From the IMG/VR virus record IMGVR_UViG_3300045391_004154: a stretch of DNA of 64,000 nt, one strand, 5' to 3'. Below the pieces are notes generated by a model. That model made no database searches. It saw only the letters and a program-made list of their open reading frames with translations, and was not told the origin of the DNA. Source of the DNA: an uncultured virus (IMG/VR IMGVR_UViG_3300045391_004154). Its lineage: Duplodnaviria; Heunggongvirae; Uroviricota; Caudoviricetes. A program made the translations under genes and the position numbers. Position 1 is the first letter of the stretch. Each line of letters starts with the position of its first letter. Of the stretch, positions 9,820 to 21,100 are shown piece by piece.

Positions 9820-10133
9820 TGCAGCTGGTTCCTTTGGACGCAGTACCCTCGCAGCGGTTTACGATCAGCCTGTCAAACCAGGCCTGCCAGATCGAGCTGT
9901 ATCAAAAGGTGCAGGGCCTTTTCATGAACGTCTCGGTGAATGATGAACTCATCATCGGTGGCGTAATCTGTTTAAACCAGGTGCGGATCGTGCGCGACCT
10001 TTACCTGGGATTTTTGGGTGACTTCTTCTTCAACGATAGTCAGGGCTCAAGTGATCCCTACTATACCGGCCTGGGCTCGCGCTTTCAGCTGGTATATGTG
10101 CCGCCCGAGGAGCTACCCGAGGGCGTCGGCTAG
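9819..10133 (+). CDS. Baseplate plug-like protein
   Basis: YLGFLGDFFF.DSQG..DP.YTGLGSRF motif; translationally coupled. Confidence 0.65.
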   Translation: MQLVPLDAVPSQRFTISLSNQACQIELYQKVQGLFMNVSVNDELIIGGVICLNQVRIVRDLYLGFLGDFFFNDSQGSSDPYYTGLGSRFQLVYVPPEELPEGVG

Positions 10134-11062
10134 TGGCGTTTAAACAGAAGAAGCTCAACGTGAGCTTCGCTCTGGGTTCGGGTACCTTTGGTGATACCGG
10201 CAAGAACCAGTCCAAGCTGGAAGGTCTTCGGATGATTGCGGACATTCGTCGCGCCGGCGGCGTGGCAATGAGCACCGCGATGCTTGAGATTTATGGCATG
10301 ACATTGGATATGATGAACCAATTGTCAACGCTTGGCCTGGTGGCAACGACCGTGCGGCGCAATACCGTCCAGGTGGAAGCCGGCGATGCGGATGGAATGA
10401 CGGTTGTTTTTACGGGAACGATCATCAACGCCTATCCCGATTTCTCGTCGCTGCCGGACGTGGCCTTTCGCGTAGAAGCACATACGATGCTTATCGACGC
10501 GGTGGCGCCATCGCCGCCGCAGAGCTTTCCGCAGCCGACCAAGGCCAGCGACATTCTGGCCGGGATCGCGGGCCAGCTGGGCGTACCATTTGAAAATAAT
10601 GGGGTTACGACCATCCTGCCGCCATCCTACTTTTCCGGCGCGCTGCGACAGCAGGCGCTAGCCGTGGTAAAGGCCGCGGGCTGTCTTTGGAACGGGGTTG
10701 AGGATGGCACACTGGCCATCTGGAACCCCGGAGAATCTCGAGGAGGACAGGCACCGCTCGTCTCGAAGGATACGGGCATGATACTGTATCCCCAGTTTTC
10801 GTCCAACGGAATTACTCTGCGCACGACCTACAATCCCTCCATTGGGTTTGGCAAGAAGATCGTGGTGGAGAGCGCGCTCGGCGATGTACTTGCCAAGTCA
10901 CTGAATCAAACGGCAAAAGGTCGAGGCGTGAGCAAGGACAAGAAGCAGACCACCTGGGTGGTGTTTGATCTCAACCATCGGCTGGCGGCGCAGATGCCGC
11001 GAGGTCCATGGTTTTCATTTCTCCAGGCCGCTCCCTTGGGCCTGGGCCCGCAGGTGCCATAA
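10133..11062 (+). CDS. Baseplate hub (gp27-like)
   Basis: IYGMTLD.MN.L, FENNGV, TGMI.YP motifs; position. Confidence 0.7.
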   Translation: MAFKQKKLNVSFALGSGTFGDTGKNQSKLEGLRMIADIRRAGGVAMSTAMLEIYGMTLDMMNQLSTLGLVATTVRRNTVQVEAGDADGMTVVFTGTIINAYPDFSSLPDVAFRVEAHTMLIDAVAPSPPQSFPQPTKASDILAGIAGQLGVPFENNGVTTILPPSYFSGALRQQALAVVKAAGCLWNGVEDGTLAIWNPGESRGGQAPLVSKDTGMILYPQFSSNGITLRTTYNPSIGFGKKIVVESALGDVLAKSLNQTAKGRGVSKDKKQTTWVVFDLNHRLAAQMPRGPWFSFLQAAPLGLGPQVP

Positions 11063-11817
11063 TGGCTTCTCCTAAAAAGAGTGGCGCCGGCTATCCGGGT
11101 CAACTCGGCCTCAACGGTGGAACGTCGCAATTCGGTGCGATGAGCTTTCTGATAGAGCAGATGCAGGGAATATTCCGTACCTGCACGATCGTGAAAGTTG
11201 TTAAGTGCACGAACGCTGGCGGCGTTTCGCCGATGGGTACCGTGGACGTGATCCCGATAATCAACATGGTAGACGGCTTGATGCAGGGCACCGAGCACGG
11301 CACCGTTTATGGATTGTCTTATGCCCGGGTCCAGGGCGGTCGCAACGCCGTTATCTGCGATCCGAGGCCAGGTGATTTGGGTGTGGCGGTAATCTCGGAC
11401 CGCGACACCTCCGTGGTGAAGAAGACCAAGAAGGTCGGAAACCCTGGCTCGCGTCGGCGCGGTGATCTGGCAGACGGTATTTATCTGTTCACGATCCTGG
11501 CCGAACAGGCGCCGCAACAGTACGTGCGTTTCGTGCTGGATGATGACGGCAATCCCACGGGCATGGAGCTCGTCGATGTCAATGGTAACAAGATCGAGAT
11601 GACGAGCACTGGAATAAAGTTGACCGATAAGACTGGTCATTTTATCGATATGAACACCTCAAAAATCGCAATCACAGGAGATGTGGAGATAACTGGAAAA
11701 CTGAGCTCTAGCGATATGACGGGCCTGGCTGGCGGCGCCAAGAAGGTAGTTCTTGACGGCGATCCGGTTTCGGGCGGCGTTGTACACGCTACGTCCACCA
11801 AGACCACGGCGACCTGA
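11062..11817 (+). CDS. Baseplate spike (gp138/gpV-like OB fold)
   Basis: ATG at 11062; RVQGG.NAVICDP.PGD.G..V..DRD.S..K; PGSRR..DLADG.Y. Confidence 0.75.
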   Translation: MASPKKSGAGYPGQLGLNGGTSQFGAMSFLIEQMQGIFRTCTIVKVVKCTNAGGVSPMGTVDVIPIINMVDGLMQGTEHGTVYGLSYARVQGGRNAVICDPRPGDLGVAVISDRDTSVVKKTKKVGNPGSRRRGDLADGIYLFTILAEQAPQQYVRFVLDDDGNPTGMELVDVNGNKIEMTSTGIKLTDKTGHFIDMNTSKIAITGDVEITGKLSSSDMTGLAGGAKKVVLDGDPVSGGVVHATSTKTTAT

Positions 11818-12173
11818 TGCCTGATACGCTGCTTCTCGATACCCTCACCTGGGACCTGGTGGTGGATATCAATGGAAACATCGCCAGGGCAGGAGAGCCC
11901 TATGCGCAGGCGCAGGATGCCGCAAGCGCCATCAAGCTCTTTGAGAGTGAGCTCTGGTACAACGTGATCCCGGGAACGCCGTACTGGACGCAAATCCTGG
12001 GAACGTCGCCGCCACCGCTCTCGCTGATGAAAGCCAAATTTGAAGCTGCAGCGCTGACGGTACCCGGCGTTGTAAAAACCAAGTGTTTAATTACCACCTT
12101 CACCGATCGCGTCATTGGAGGCCAGGTTCAGGTTCTCAATGCCGCCGGCCAAACCAGTCAGGCGACCTTCTGA
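11817..12173 (+). CDS. Baseplate wedge subunit (gp25/W-like)
   Basis: TLLLD..TWDL..D..GNIA, AQD.ASA..LF..ELWY, G.PYW. Confidence 0.7.
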   Translation: MPDTLLLDTLTWDLVVDINGNIARAGEPYAQAQDAASAIKLFESELWYNVIPGTPYWTQILGTSPPPLSLMKAKFEAAALTVPGVVKTKCLITTFTDRVIGGQVQVLNAAGQTSQATF

Positions 12174-13399
12174 TGTCACTTCCACTGACGACCAACGTTC
12201 CACCTCCCAGCTTCACCGATCGTGGATTTATTCCGCAGACCGATGATGCCATCCTCACGGGGTTGCAGCAGGATATTCAGGGAGCCTTTGGTGGCAATTT
12301 GAATTTTGATGACGACCAGGCCACCCCGCAGGGACAGCTTGCCAACAGTGAGGCGGCGATCGTCGCCAATATGCAGGCGGAATTTTGCAAGCTCACCCAG
12401 CAGATGGACCCGGCGTTTAACTCCGGGCGTTTCCAGGATGCCATCGCGCGCATTTATTATCTGACGCGCAATCCGGCGTTGCCGACGGTGGTGGTGTGCG
12501 ATTGCGTGGGCGTTGAGAATACCGTTATTCCGGCCGGCTCCAAGGCCGTTGATGAGTCCGGCAATATCTATTTCAGCATGGACAATGCTGTCATCGGTAT
12601 ATCGGGAGCGGTGTCCGTTCAATTCGCCTGTGAGATCGCCGGCCCGATCTCGTGCCCCGCGGGAACACTCAACCGAATTTATACCGCCGTTCCGGGCTGG
12701 GATACGGTGAACAATCCGGCTGACGGCGCGCTGGGACAAAATGTGGAATCTCGCCAGGCCTTTGAGGCTCGGCGCACGGCTTCGGTGGCGCAAAACTCTC
12801 GCGGTACCATTCAAGCCATCGTCGGTGCGGTATGGAGCGTGGATGGCGTCTTGGATGTCTTTGGCTATCAGAATGATACCGACAACACATTCACCTATCG
12901 CGGCGTTACGCTCGCACCTCACAGCATTTACGTTGCGGTGGTGGGCGGTACCAATGAAGATGTTGCGAAAGCCATCTGGTCCAAAAAATCTCCCGGCTGC
13001 TCCTACACGGGCGATACGACGGTGACGGTTGAGGACACGAGTGCCTTCTATACTCCGCCGTATCCGTCCTATGACGTGACCTTTACACGCCCAGATGACG
13101 TCGCGATAAAGTTTGCAGTCTCCATTTCAAATGGTCCCGACGTTCCGGCCGATGCTGTTGAACAAATTCAGACGGCCATCATAAATGCCTTCGCGGGTGA
13201 GGATGGTGGACCTCGAGCCCAGATCGGAACCACCATCTACGCCTCGCGGTATATCTGTCCGGTGCGCGCGCTGGGTGATTGGGTTCGCATCATCACGCTT
13301 CAGATTGGCCGCAGCACCGCCAATCAAAATTCGGTAACGCTGGATATTGATGAAGCTCCGGTAACTTCAGCGGCCGATATCGCGGTGACGATAGTATAA
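12173..13399 (+). CDS. Baseplate J-like protein
   Basis: ATG at 12173; TPQGQLA, GRFQDAI.RIY, PHSIYVAV.GG. Confidence 0.8.
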   Translation: MSLPLTTNVPPPSFTDRGFIPQTDDAILTGLQQDIQGAFGGNLNFDDDQATPQGQLANSEAAIVANMQAEFCKLTQQMDPAFNSGRFQDAIARIYYLTRNPALPTVVVCDCVGVENTVIPAGSKAVDESGNIYFSMDNAVIGISGAVSVQFACEIAGPISCPAGTLNRIYTAVPGWDTVNNPADGALGQNVESRQAFEARRTASVAQNSRGTIQAIVGAVWSVDGVLDVFGYQNDTDNTFTYRGVTLAPHSIYVAVVGGTNEDVAKAIWSKKSPGCSYTGDTTVTVEDTSAFYTPPYPSYDVTFTRPDDVAIKFAVSISNGPDVPADAVEQIQTAIINAFAGEDGGPRAQIGTTIYASRYICPVRALGDWVRIITLQIGRSTANQNSVTLDIDEAPVTSAADIAVTIV

Positions 13400-14211
13400 T
13401 GGCTCCGCTTCCTGGTCCCATCGGCTCTTTTACTATTGAAAGCAGCGCCATTGGCGTTGAGCCGTCATACTTCTTTCCGCCGGCGGAATCCGCCACGCCC
13501 ATCGGTGAGTTCGCAACGGGCGTCAGCCCTATCGGTCCGGTCAAGCCGTTCAACTGGCAGTCCACCGTCATCAGCCAGTACGCCAACAGTCAGCGTCTGC
13601 TGCAGCTAATTGAAAACTTCAACGCGTACATCGATCCAAATGCCAACATAGATGCCTTCTATCGCCAGATGTGGAGCATCGATACCGCGGTGGGCTATGG
13701 CCTCGACGTGTGGGGTCGCATCCTGGGTATCGGAAGAACGCTCCCAGTGGACTCCGGCAGCTATCTTGGCTTCGCCGAGCCGAATGATGTCACCGAGGTC
13801 GGGTTTAATCAGGAGGGCTTCTACTCCGGCCCCCCTGTCACCTCGAACTATCGGCTGAGCGACGACGCTTATAGGCAGCTCCTCCTGGCCAAGGCCGCGT
13901 TCAATATCTGCGATGGGTCTATTCCAGCGATCAACCAGCTGCTCATGACTTTATTTGCGGGTCGCGGAAATGCGTACGTGCTGGAGGGTGACGGAGTAGA
14001 TCGTGACTATTTCGGATTTGCCGAGACTGGTGATCCTTTCAGTCAGGGATTTAACGTTGAGCCGTTTTATTCCGGGCAGGATTTTTCAGATATGAACATG
14101 CGGTATGTCTTCAAGTTCCTGCTCACTCCAGTTGAGCTCTCCATCGTGAACAACTCCGGTGTCTTGCCGACACCATCTGGCGTCAACGCCGTCATCGAAA
14201 TTAGCCCGTAG
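13399..14211 (+). CDS. Baseplate wedge protein (DUF2612-like)
   Basis: ISQYANS, TAVGYGLDVWGRILG, LSDDAYR.L..KA..NI, LP.PSGV. Confidence 0.75.
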   Translation: MAPLPGPIGSFTIESSAIGVEPSYFFPPAESATPIGEFATGVSPIGPVKPFNWQSTVISQYANSQRLLQLIENFNAYIDPNANIDAFYRQMWSIDTAVGYGLDVWGRILGIGRTLPVDSGSYLGFAEPNDVTEVGFNQEGFYSGPPVTSNYRLSDDAYRQLLLAKAAFNICDGSIPAINQLLMTLFAGRGNAYVLEGDGVDRDYFGFAETGDPFSQGFNVEPFYSGQDFSDMNMRYVFKFLLTPVELSIVNNSGVLPTPSGVNAVIEISP

Positions 14212-14224
14212 AGGAAATTGCTCA

Positions 14225-15406
14225 ATGCTACTTACCGATATCCCCAGCAAATTCAATAACCCCTTCGGCTACGCCGCGGGTGTTCCCTACATCTCGAGCC
14301 CGGTGCCGGCGACGACCGGCACACCTGGCCGTGCTGCGTTAGATACGGGCTTTCCGCCATTGAACTTCCAGCCTCGCGGCGCCGGTGGCATTCCGCCATT
14401 TGGTCAGGATATCAATGGCCTGATGTTTCAGACCACTGGCTGGGCACGTTGGCTTGCGGCAGGGGGAGCCATCTTTTATGATGCGGCGTTTGCCACGGCG
14501 ATCGGTGGTTATCCGAAGAACTGCGTTCTGCAGTCGACTTTTTATCCGGGGCTGCTATGGCGCTCTTTGGTGGACAACAACACCTCGGACCCGGACTCCG
14601 CACTGGCCACCGGCTGGGCGCGCGCCAGTAGGGCAACGCTCTCTGCTGATACTATTTTCTACGTTTCGCCGGCGGGCAGCAATACCAACAATGGTTTGAC
14701 GGCGCTCACCCCATTCCAGACCATTCAGTTCGCCATTGATACGCTGACGCGGTTCTATGACCTCAACAATTTCCAGGTCACCATCCAGCTCGCCGATGGT
14801 ACATATCCGGCTGGAGCGACCATTTCGAACTTGGTCGGGCAAGGTTCAAAATACCTCATAATCAACGGCAATATTTCGACGCCAGCGAATGTCGTTGTCC
14901 AAGGTACAATAAATTCCGGAAACACCACTGGGGTAACTATTCAATATTTCCGGTTTAGTACGACCGGAAGCATTGGCCAGGCGCTCGCTGCTAGCGGCGG
15001 TGTTTTGAACAGTGGCCAGGGAATGGATTTTGGTCCGTCGCTCGGCGGTCAAGGATCGCATATTTATGCCAACGGCGGCACCATCCAAGTTGGCTTCAAT
15101 TATACGATTTCCGGCGGCGCGAACGCACACTTTCAAATATTCAATTCCGGAAAAATTCTCCTTACTCCTACGCCGATCACCGTCACCCTCACCGGAACGC
15201 CGGCCTTTACAGGCGCTTTCTGCACTGTGAATCAGTTAGGAAACTTCAATGGTGCCGGCGGCCTGGTCACGGTCGGCAGCGCAACCGGCCCGCGCTACTC
15301 CCTGGACAATTTCAGCTTCATCTTCACCGGCTCTGGTGGCAGCGCGACGTTCTTCCCCGGCAACGTCGCCGGCACCAACTTTGGCCACGGCTCCGTCTAC
15401 AACTAA
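14225..15406 (+). CDS. Tail fibre / tailspike protein
   Basis: GFPP.NF.P..AGGIPP.GQDINGL baseplate-attachment domain, IGGYPK; then YVSPAGSN and a beta-helix-like C-terminus. Confidence 0.75.
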   Translation: MLLTDIPSKFNNPFGYAAGVPYISSPVPATTGTPGRAALDTGFPPLNFQPRGAGGIPPFGQDINGLMFQTTGWARWLAAGGAIFYDAAFATAIGGYPKNCVLQSTFYPGLLWRSLVDNNTSDPDSALATGWARASRATLSADTIFYVSPAGSNTNNGLTALTPFQTIQFAIDTLTRFYDLNNFQVTIQLADGTYPAGATISNLVGQGSKYLIINGNISTPANVVVQGTINSGNTTGVTIQYFRFSTTGSIGQALAASGGVLNSGQGMDFGPSLGGQGSHIYANGGTIQVGFNYTISGGANAHFQIFNSGKILLTPTPITVTLTGTPAFTGAFCTVNQLGNFNGAGGLVTVGSATGPRYSLDNFSFIFTGSGGSATFFPGNVAGTNFGHGSVYN

Positions 15407-15427
15407 TCTCTCGAAGGACTAAACCCT

Positions 15428-18163
15428 ATGAAAAAAATCTCTCTCATCGGTTTGATTTCTCTGGCGGTCGTGGCGTCGACTTCCATAGCGTGCTCTCAGA
15501 CGTCGCCCGGCCTGGTATATGGCCAGGTTCCAACTGCGGCGCAGTGGAACGCGTATTTCGCGGCCAAGCAGGACTGGCCCGTTCCAGTCTTCTCGCTGAC
15601 GACCAACGGCCTGGTGCCGTTCCCCGGAACATCGTCGGGCAATTGCCTCAAGGACGACGCGACCTGGGGAACGTGCGGCAGCGGCGGCGGTGGAACGCCG
15701 GCCAATCCCACGGCCACGATTGGAGCGACTGCCGTCAATGGCGTGGCCACGACCTACATGCGCTCGGATGCGGCGCCGGCTCTCCCGGCTACTCTGCCCG
15801 CACTGAATGGCTCGCTCCTCACCAGCCTGACGGCGGCGAACCTTTCCGGCGCGGTGCCGGTAAACAAGGGCGGCACCAACTGCACGGTGGCGGCAATCGC
15901 CTGTGTCACGGCCATCTCTGGCGCGACTGGGGCGCCGAGCTCCAGCACCTTCTTGCGCGGTGACAATACCTGGGCGACGCCGGCCGGCTCCGGCAACGTT
16001 ACCGGCCCGGGATCGTCCGTCAGCGGCAATGTGACTTCGTTCAGCGGTACCAGTGGTACGCTCATTCAGGATACGGGTATTGCGTCCAGCGCCCTGGCGA
16101 CCCTGACGGGCTCGCAGACCCTCACGAACAAGACGATCAGCGGCGCATCCAATACGCTCTCGGCGATCGGCAATGGTTCGCTGACCAATAGTGCCATGAC
16201 GCTCTGCGGAGTATCTACCTCTCTGGGTGGATCGCTAACCGCCAGCGCGTGCCTGGACTCGCTCAGCAGCACGCGGGGTACGGTCCTGTATCGCGGGGCA
16301 TCCGGCTGGTCCGCTCTGGCACCGGCAACGGCCGGCAACGTCTTGAGCACCAATGGCGCTGGCGCCGATCCCTCGTGGATTTCGGTCGGCGGAACCGGCA
16401 CGGTGACGACGCTTACCGCCGGCAATGGTGTCCTTTTCAGCAGCGGTGCGACCTGCACGACCACCTGCACGATCTCTCTCACGCAGGCATTGAACGCGCA
16501 GACTGGTGCCAGCTATGCGCTACTCTCCGGCGACGGCGGCAAGCTGGTTACGCGCACCAATGCCGGTGCCATCACCGATACCATCGCGCAGGCAACCGGA
16601 TCGTTCGGTGCCGGCTATGGGGTCAACTATGGCGTCATGGCCAGCAGCGCTGGCTCCGCGACGCTGACACCTACGACCTCTAACGTCAGCGGCCTCGCGG
16701 CTCTGACGCTCTCTCCTGGGCAATGGGCCTCCATCTTCTCGGATGGTACCAACTACCAGGCCAGCGTCAGCCTCCCCCTGCTTGCCAATAACCGCTTCTT
16801 CGGCAACAACAGCGGCGGCACCAGCTACGGCAACGCTATGACGGGCACGCAGGCGACTGCGCTTCTGGATACGTTTACCTCCAGCTTGAAGGGTCTTGCT
16901 CCGTCCTCGGGCGGCGGTACCACCAACTTCCTGCGAGCTGATGGTACCTGGGCGGCACCTCCGGGTGGTGGCTCGGGTTGCTCGGTGTCCAGCACGCAAT
17001 ACCGGGTCCTGGTGGTGGACGCCGCCGGCACGGGCTGCAACGCCACGGCGAACGGTACATTGAACAACGGAGCGCTTACTCTGGGTGTGGCCGGTGCCAA
17101 TCAGGGTAGCATTGCCATCAGCGGCGCAACTTCGGGCACGATCACGATTGCGGCGCAGGCTGCGGCCGGAACGTTCAACTGGAATCTTCCGACCACGGCC
17201 GGCACTGCTGGCGACTGCCTGAAGTCAGGGGGTGGCGGTGCCTCGGCGATGACCTGGGGTGCGTGCGGTGGCGGTGGCGGTGGCAGCACCTATACGGCGA
17301 CCTTCACCGGCAACGTCAGCGGAACCCCGTCGGCGGTGGGTCTGGGCCTGGATTTGGCGGCCTTCACGATTACGGATAACGCCACGGCGGGCTCTGGTAC
17401 CCTGGCCCTGGCGGCGGCGCATTCCATTGAAGCGCCGACGTTGGCCGCCACCAACACCAGCGTGACGACCACGCATGCGACGACGCTCTACATCGCGGGC
17501 GTTCCAGTCACGGGCACGAACGAAACCATCACGGCCAAGACTGCAATGACGATTGCGGCCGGCGGTATCGCGCACCTGGACTCGACCACGGACATGACTT
17601 TCTATCAGGCGAGCAGCCCCGGTCAGACCAACACGACGTATGGCTTTATCGGCTGGGATAACACCAACTTTTTCACCATCAAAACCGCACGTACAGGATC
17701 GGGCACGCAGCGCAACATTCGCATCGACTCGGCGAATGGTACGCAGTTCTACATCAATGGGTCGTCCGTCCTCAACATCAATAACAGTGCCACGGTTCTC
17801 GACGGCAACAGCGGCACCGGCTTTGGTCTGACCAACAGCAATCCGAGCGGCACCGTGCCGGTGTTTCTGGTGAACAAGACCAGCACCAACACCGGATGGG
17901 GCGCGCAGGCAGCCGGCAACATTTCCGGTATCGCTGGCGGTACGGAAAAAATCCGCATTGACAGTAACGGCATGTCGATCCAGTCGGGCGTCTTGACCCT
18001 TAAGGGCTTTACCGTTTCGACGCTTCCCGCCTCGCCGGCAACGGGCTCTCTAGCGTACGTGACGGATGCAAATGCCGCCTGCTCATATAACACCGCACCG
18101 ACGGGCGGTGGCTCTACAGTTTGCAAAGTTTGGTACAACGGCACCGCTTGGGTTCAGGGTTAA
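15428..18163 (+). CDS. Long Gly/Thr/Ser-rich fibre protein with N-terminal signal peptide
   Basis: Repeated FLR(G/A)D.TW fibre motifs; MKKISLIGLISLAVVASTSIACSQ leader. Confidence 0.7.
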   Translation: MKKISLIGLISLAVVASTSIACSQTSPGLVYGQVPTAAQWNAYFAAKQDWPVPVFSLTTNGLVPFPGTSSGNCLKDDATWGTCGSGGGGTPANPTATIGATAVNGVATTYMRSDAAPALPATLPALNGSLLTSLTAANLSGAVPVNKGGTNCTVAAIACVTAISGATGAPSSSTFLRGDNTWATPAGSGNVTGPGSSVSGNVTSFSGTSGTLIQDTGIASSALATLTGSQTLTNKTISGASNTLSAIGNGSLTNSAMTLCGVSTSLGGSLTASACLDSLSSTRGTVLYRGASGWSALAPATAGNVLSTNGAGADPSWISVGGTGTVTTLTAGNGVLFSSGATCTTTCTISLTQALNAQTGASYALLSGDGGKLVTRTNAGAITDTIAQATGSFGAGYGVNYGVMASSAGSATLTPTTSNVSGLAALTLSPGQWASIFSDGTNYQASVSLPLLANNRFFGNNSGGTSYGNAMTGTQATALLDTFTSSLKGLAPSSGGGTTNFLRADGTWAAPPGGGSGCSVSSTQYRVLVVDAAGTGCNATANGTLNNGALTLGVAGANQGSIAISGATSGTITIAAQAAAGTFNWNLPTTAGTAGDCLKSGGGGASAMTWGACGGGGGGSTYTATFTGNVSGTPSAVGLGLDLAAFTITDNATAGSGTLALAAAHSIEAPTLAATNTSVTTTHATTLYIAGVPVTGTNETITAKTAMTIAAGGIAHLDSTTDMTFYQASSPGQTNTTYGFIGWDNTNFFTIKTARTGSGTQRNIRIDSANGTQFYINGSSVLNINNSATVLDGNSGTGFGLTNSNPSGTVPVFLVNKTSTNTGWGAQAAGNISGIAGGTEKIRIDSNGMSIQSGVLTLKGFTVSTLPASPATGSLAYVTDANAACSYNTAPTGGGSTVCKVWYNGTAWVQG

Positions 18164-18164
18164 C

Positions 18165-21100
18165 ATGACATACGCACAACGCCTTAAAGAACGTTTTAGC
18201 CGGAAGCGCGGTACGCTCCAGGCCAATCTGACGCGCCGCGCCATTTGCCTTGGAATCGGTATCAGCCTTCTGGTTGCCGGCGTTCCAGACAAGGCCGCGG
18301 CGTTCTTCTTTGCTGGCGGACAATCCAATGCAGCACCACCTCCAGGCGGAATCATCACTCAAATCGGACAGCTCAACACCACGACGATTAATGGACCAGC
18401 CGCAGCACTTACAAATGAAATTTGCCGCTTTGGCCATCCGTTTCCCGACGATGATGTAACGGGCGTTCCGGTTGGTAGGATTCCGCGCATCTATCCGCAG
18501 GGAAGCGGGACGCCGGTAGCCACTCAGGCGGTTGTGCCACTGCAGTATTGGCCTAGCGGTCGGTTGAAGCATGCGATGTTTGCTCATCTCGTGTCCTCGC
18601 TGCCGGGAAATGCCAGTCAGACTTCAACGGGTCTTGACCAGGGCAACAATACTACCTTGGTCTTTGATGTTGCAACCGTGGCTGGAAGTGAGGATCAGAC
18701 TGGAATCGCCGTATCGGTGTTCAATACCTATCTGAGTAACTCGTCCAATAACATGACGGGATCGTTCACCGATCTTGGGGGTACAGTTTGGTCTGCGTCT
18801 GCGTTCACGGCGTTTAGCGGTGCCACCAACGTAGCGAACTATGTTCTGGTTCCGACCTATTGGGGCAAGTTCTGCGGCAGTCCCTATGTGGACTGTTTCA
18901 AAGCCACGATGCCATTTGCCAATGGTGGTACCAACCACCGATCAGCAATCGCCGTCTTTTGGGCCTTCGTCTATCATAATGGCAGCACGATCACCGAGGT
19001 CGAATGGCATTGCCAGATCGAGAATGGCACTCTCGGTACTGCTCACCCGACCATTGGCGTCGGTAATGGCGATATCATTTATCGCTCTGCTGACTGGAGC
19101 ATTGGCGGTGTTGCGCGCTGGTTTCGCACGATGGAAACTCCCAACGCTACCTTAGAGGTGGGCCTGGGAAGCCTGGCGCCCACAATTTCAGGCCTCACTC
19201 CATCAGCCCGTTGGACGTCCTGTTCGCCGGTTGCCTGGATCAGCTCTGGCGCCTTTACGTTCGATCAGACACATCTCAGCCGTCCGATTTGCGTTGGCAC
19301 AACGGGTCAGGTCATGTATACCGTTGGTCGCGCCACGCAGTCACAAATCAACGTCACCGCTGGTGGTACCGGATTTACCACGCCGCCGACGATCAATTCG
19401 GGTGGTTCTGCCGTATTCCGTGCCATCATCGATCTGGCCAGCGGCGCCGTGGTGAAGATTATTTGCACCAAGTTCGGTACCGTGGGCACGCCAACCTTCA
19501 GTGGCGGCGGTGGTACCGGCCTCACGATGTCGGTAGCTGCCAATCAATCGGCCGTACAGTTCAACGCGCCGCAGGATGCCGGTGCCATCTGCACCGGACA
19601 AACCGGCACTGGCGGCTCTCTGTCTCTCAACGGCAAAAATTGCGCCAATGACGGTAGCGGCACCAAGGGCTATCCGCGCGCTTCGGGTGTTCCCCGCGTG
19701 TTCATGTGGTCACCCAATAACAATACCGGCTGCTCCATCACGATAAATGGTACGCGCACGAATGGCAGCACCACGCCTGGAACCTACACTGGTCCGGCTG
19801 CCGGTGCCTTCACCGACTGCGAAGATTGGGACGTCATTACTTCGATCACGCGCACCGGCACCTCCGACACCTTGTGCGTTGGCATCGGCGGTGTCCCCAG
19901 CGGCTCATTTGGCTGGGCGGGTTATGAAAACCAGACCAACAATCCGCCGTCATCTCCTGCGCGTGGTGTCACCTACGGCACCTATACGTCGGGCAACTGG
20001 AACATCATGGGCGGTGTGATTCCACGCGGCGCGGCGCCGGTAGAAATCATCTGGCAGAATCAGACCCCGCGGCATTACACCTCCTACAAGAATCAATATC
20101 TGCTCGATAGCAAGGTGCTGCTCAACTACGACCTGCCACAGTTCGCCGGCTCGGCTGGGTTGACTTCGGCCATTTCCAGCACCACGACTACCATCAACAC
20201 TTATGGAAAGTCGAGCAATGCGACGCTCTATCCCGACAGCGCCGACTACAATAAGCCCGCCTACCTGGGCGAGGGATCGAGTGGTTTAAACGAGTGGAAT
20301 TACGCGCTGCAGGAAAGCAAGTCTGGTGGCAATTCCGGCCTCGGCATGGACTCCGTGTTCGATCTATATTGGCTCGGCGGCGGCGGTTATGCAGCGTGGC
20401 GTGGAGTAATGACGGCCTGCAATCGCATCTTCAACATCCGGACCTACATCCGTGATGACAATACGGGCTTTGCAGCGGCAATGAGTGCCTATCCGAAGCT
20501 TGGCAGCGGTAGCTGGAATACCAACCCCGCAACGACTGGTGCCCCCTGTTTCTGGTTTGATCCGGGCCAGGCCTCTGGTCCCGGGTTCGGCGCCACCTTC
20601 GCCTGGGTCCAGCTGGATACCGCGCATTGCAACACGTCCTCGCGGCTCAGCTACGTTTTGACCTGCAATCCGGAAATTCTGGACGCCATGCAGCTGGAAG
20701 CAACAACGCGCTGGATGATGATAAGCAATGGTGGCGACGGTTACAACCGTAGCGCCGCGGGCTCAACGGGCGGAACCAACGCGCCATATCAGCAGCGCGT
20801 CACCGCCTGGTCGGGTCTAAAGTCGATGGGCATGCCCGTCATGCATCGACCCGACGATTCGGTGACCAGCATCTTCGCCGCGCTGTCAGTACACAAGACG
20901 ATGTTGGATAATTACTTCCACAACGGCTCCGTATCTAACGCTGGTCTAACCGACCTTTATGTCACCGGCCCCGATTATAATGGTGTCATGCCCGCGTCGA
21001 AGGGCAATGCGCACATGTGGGCCAACGCTCTCACTGGAGGCGCTGGATCGGCTACCGGCTACCAGACCGGCTTCAATTTGCTGGCCATGGGCAACTTGTA

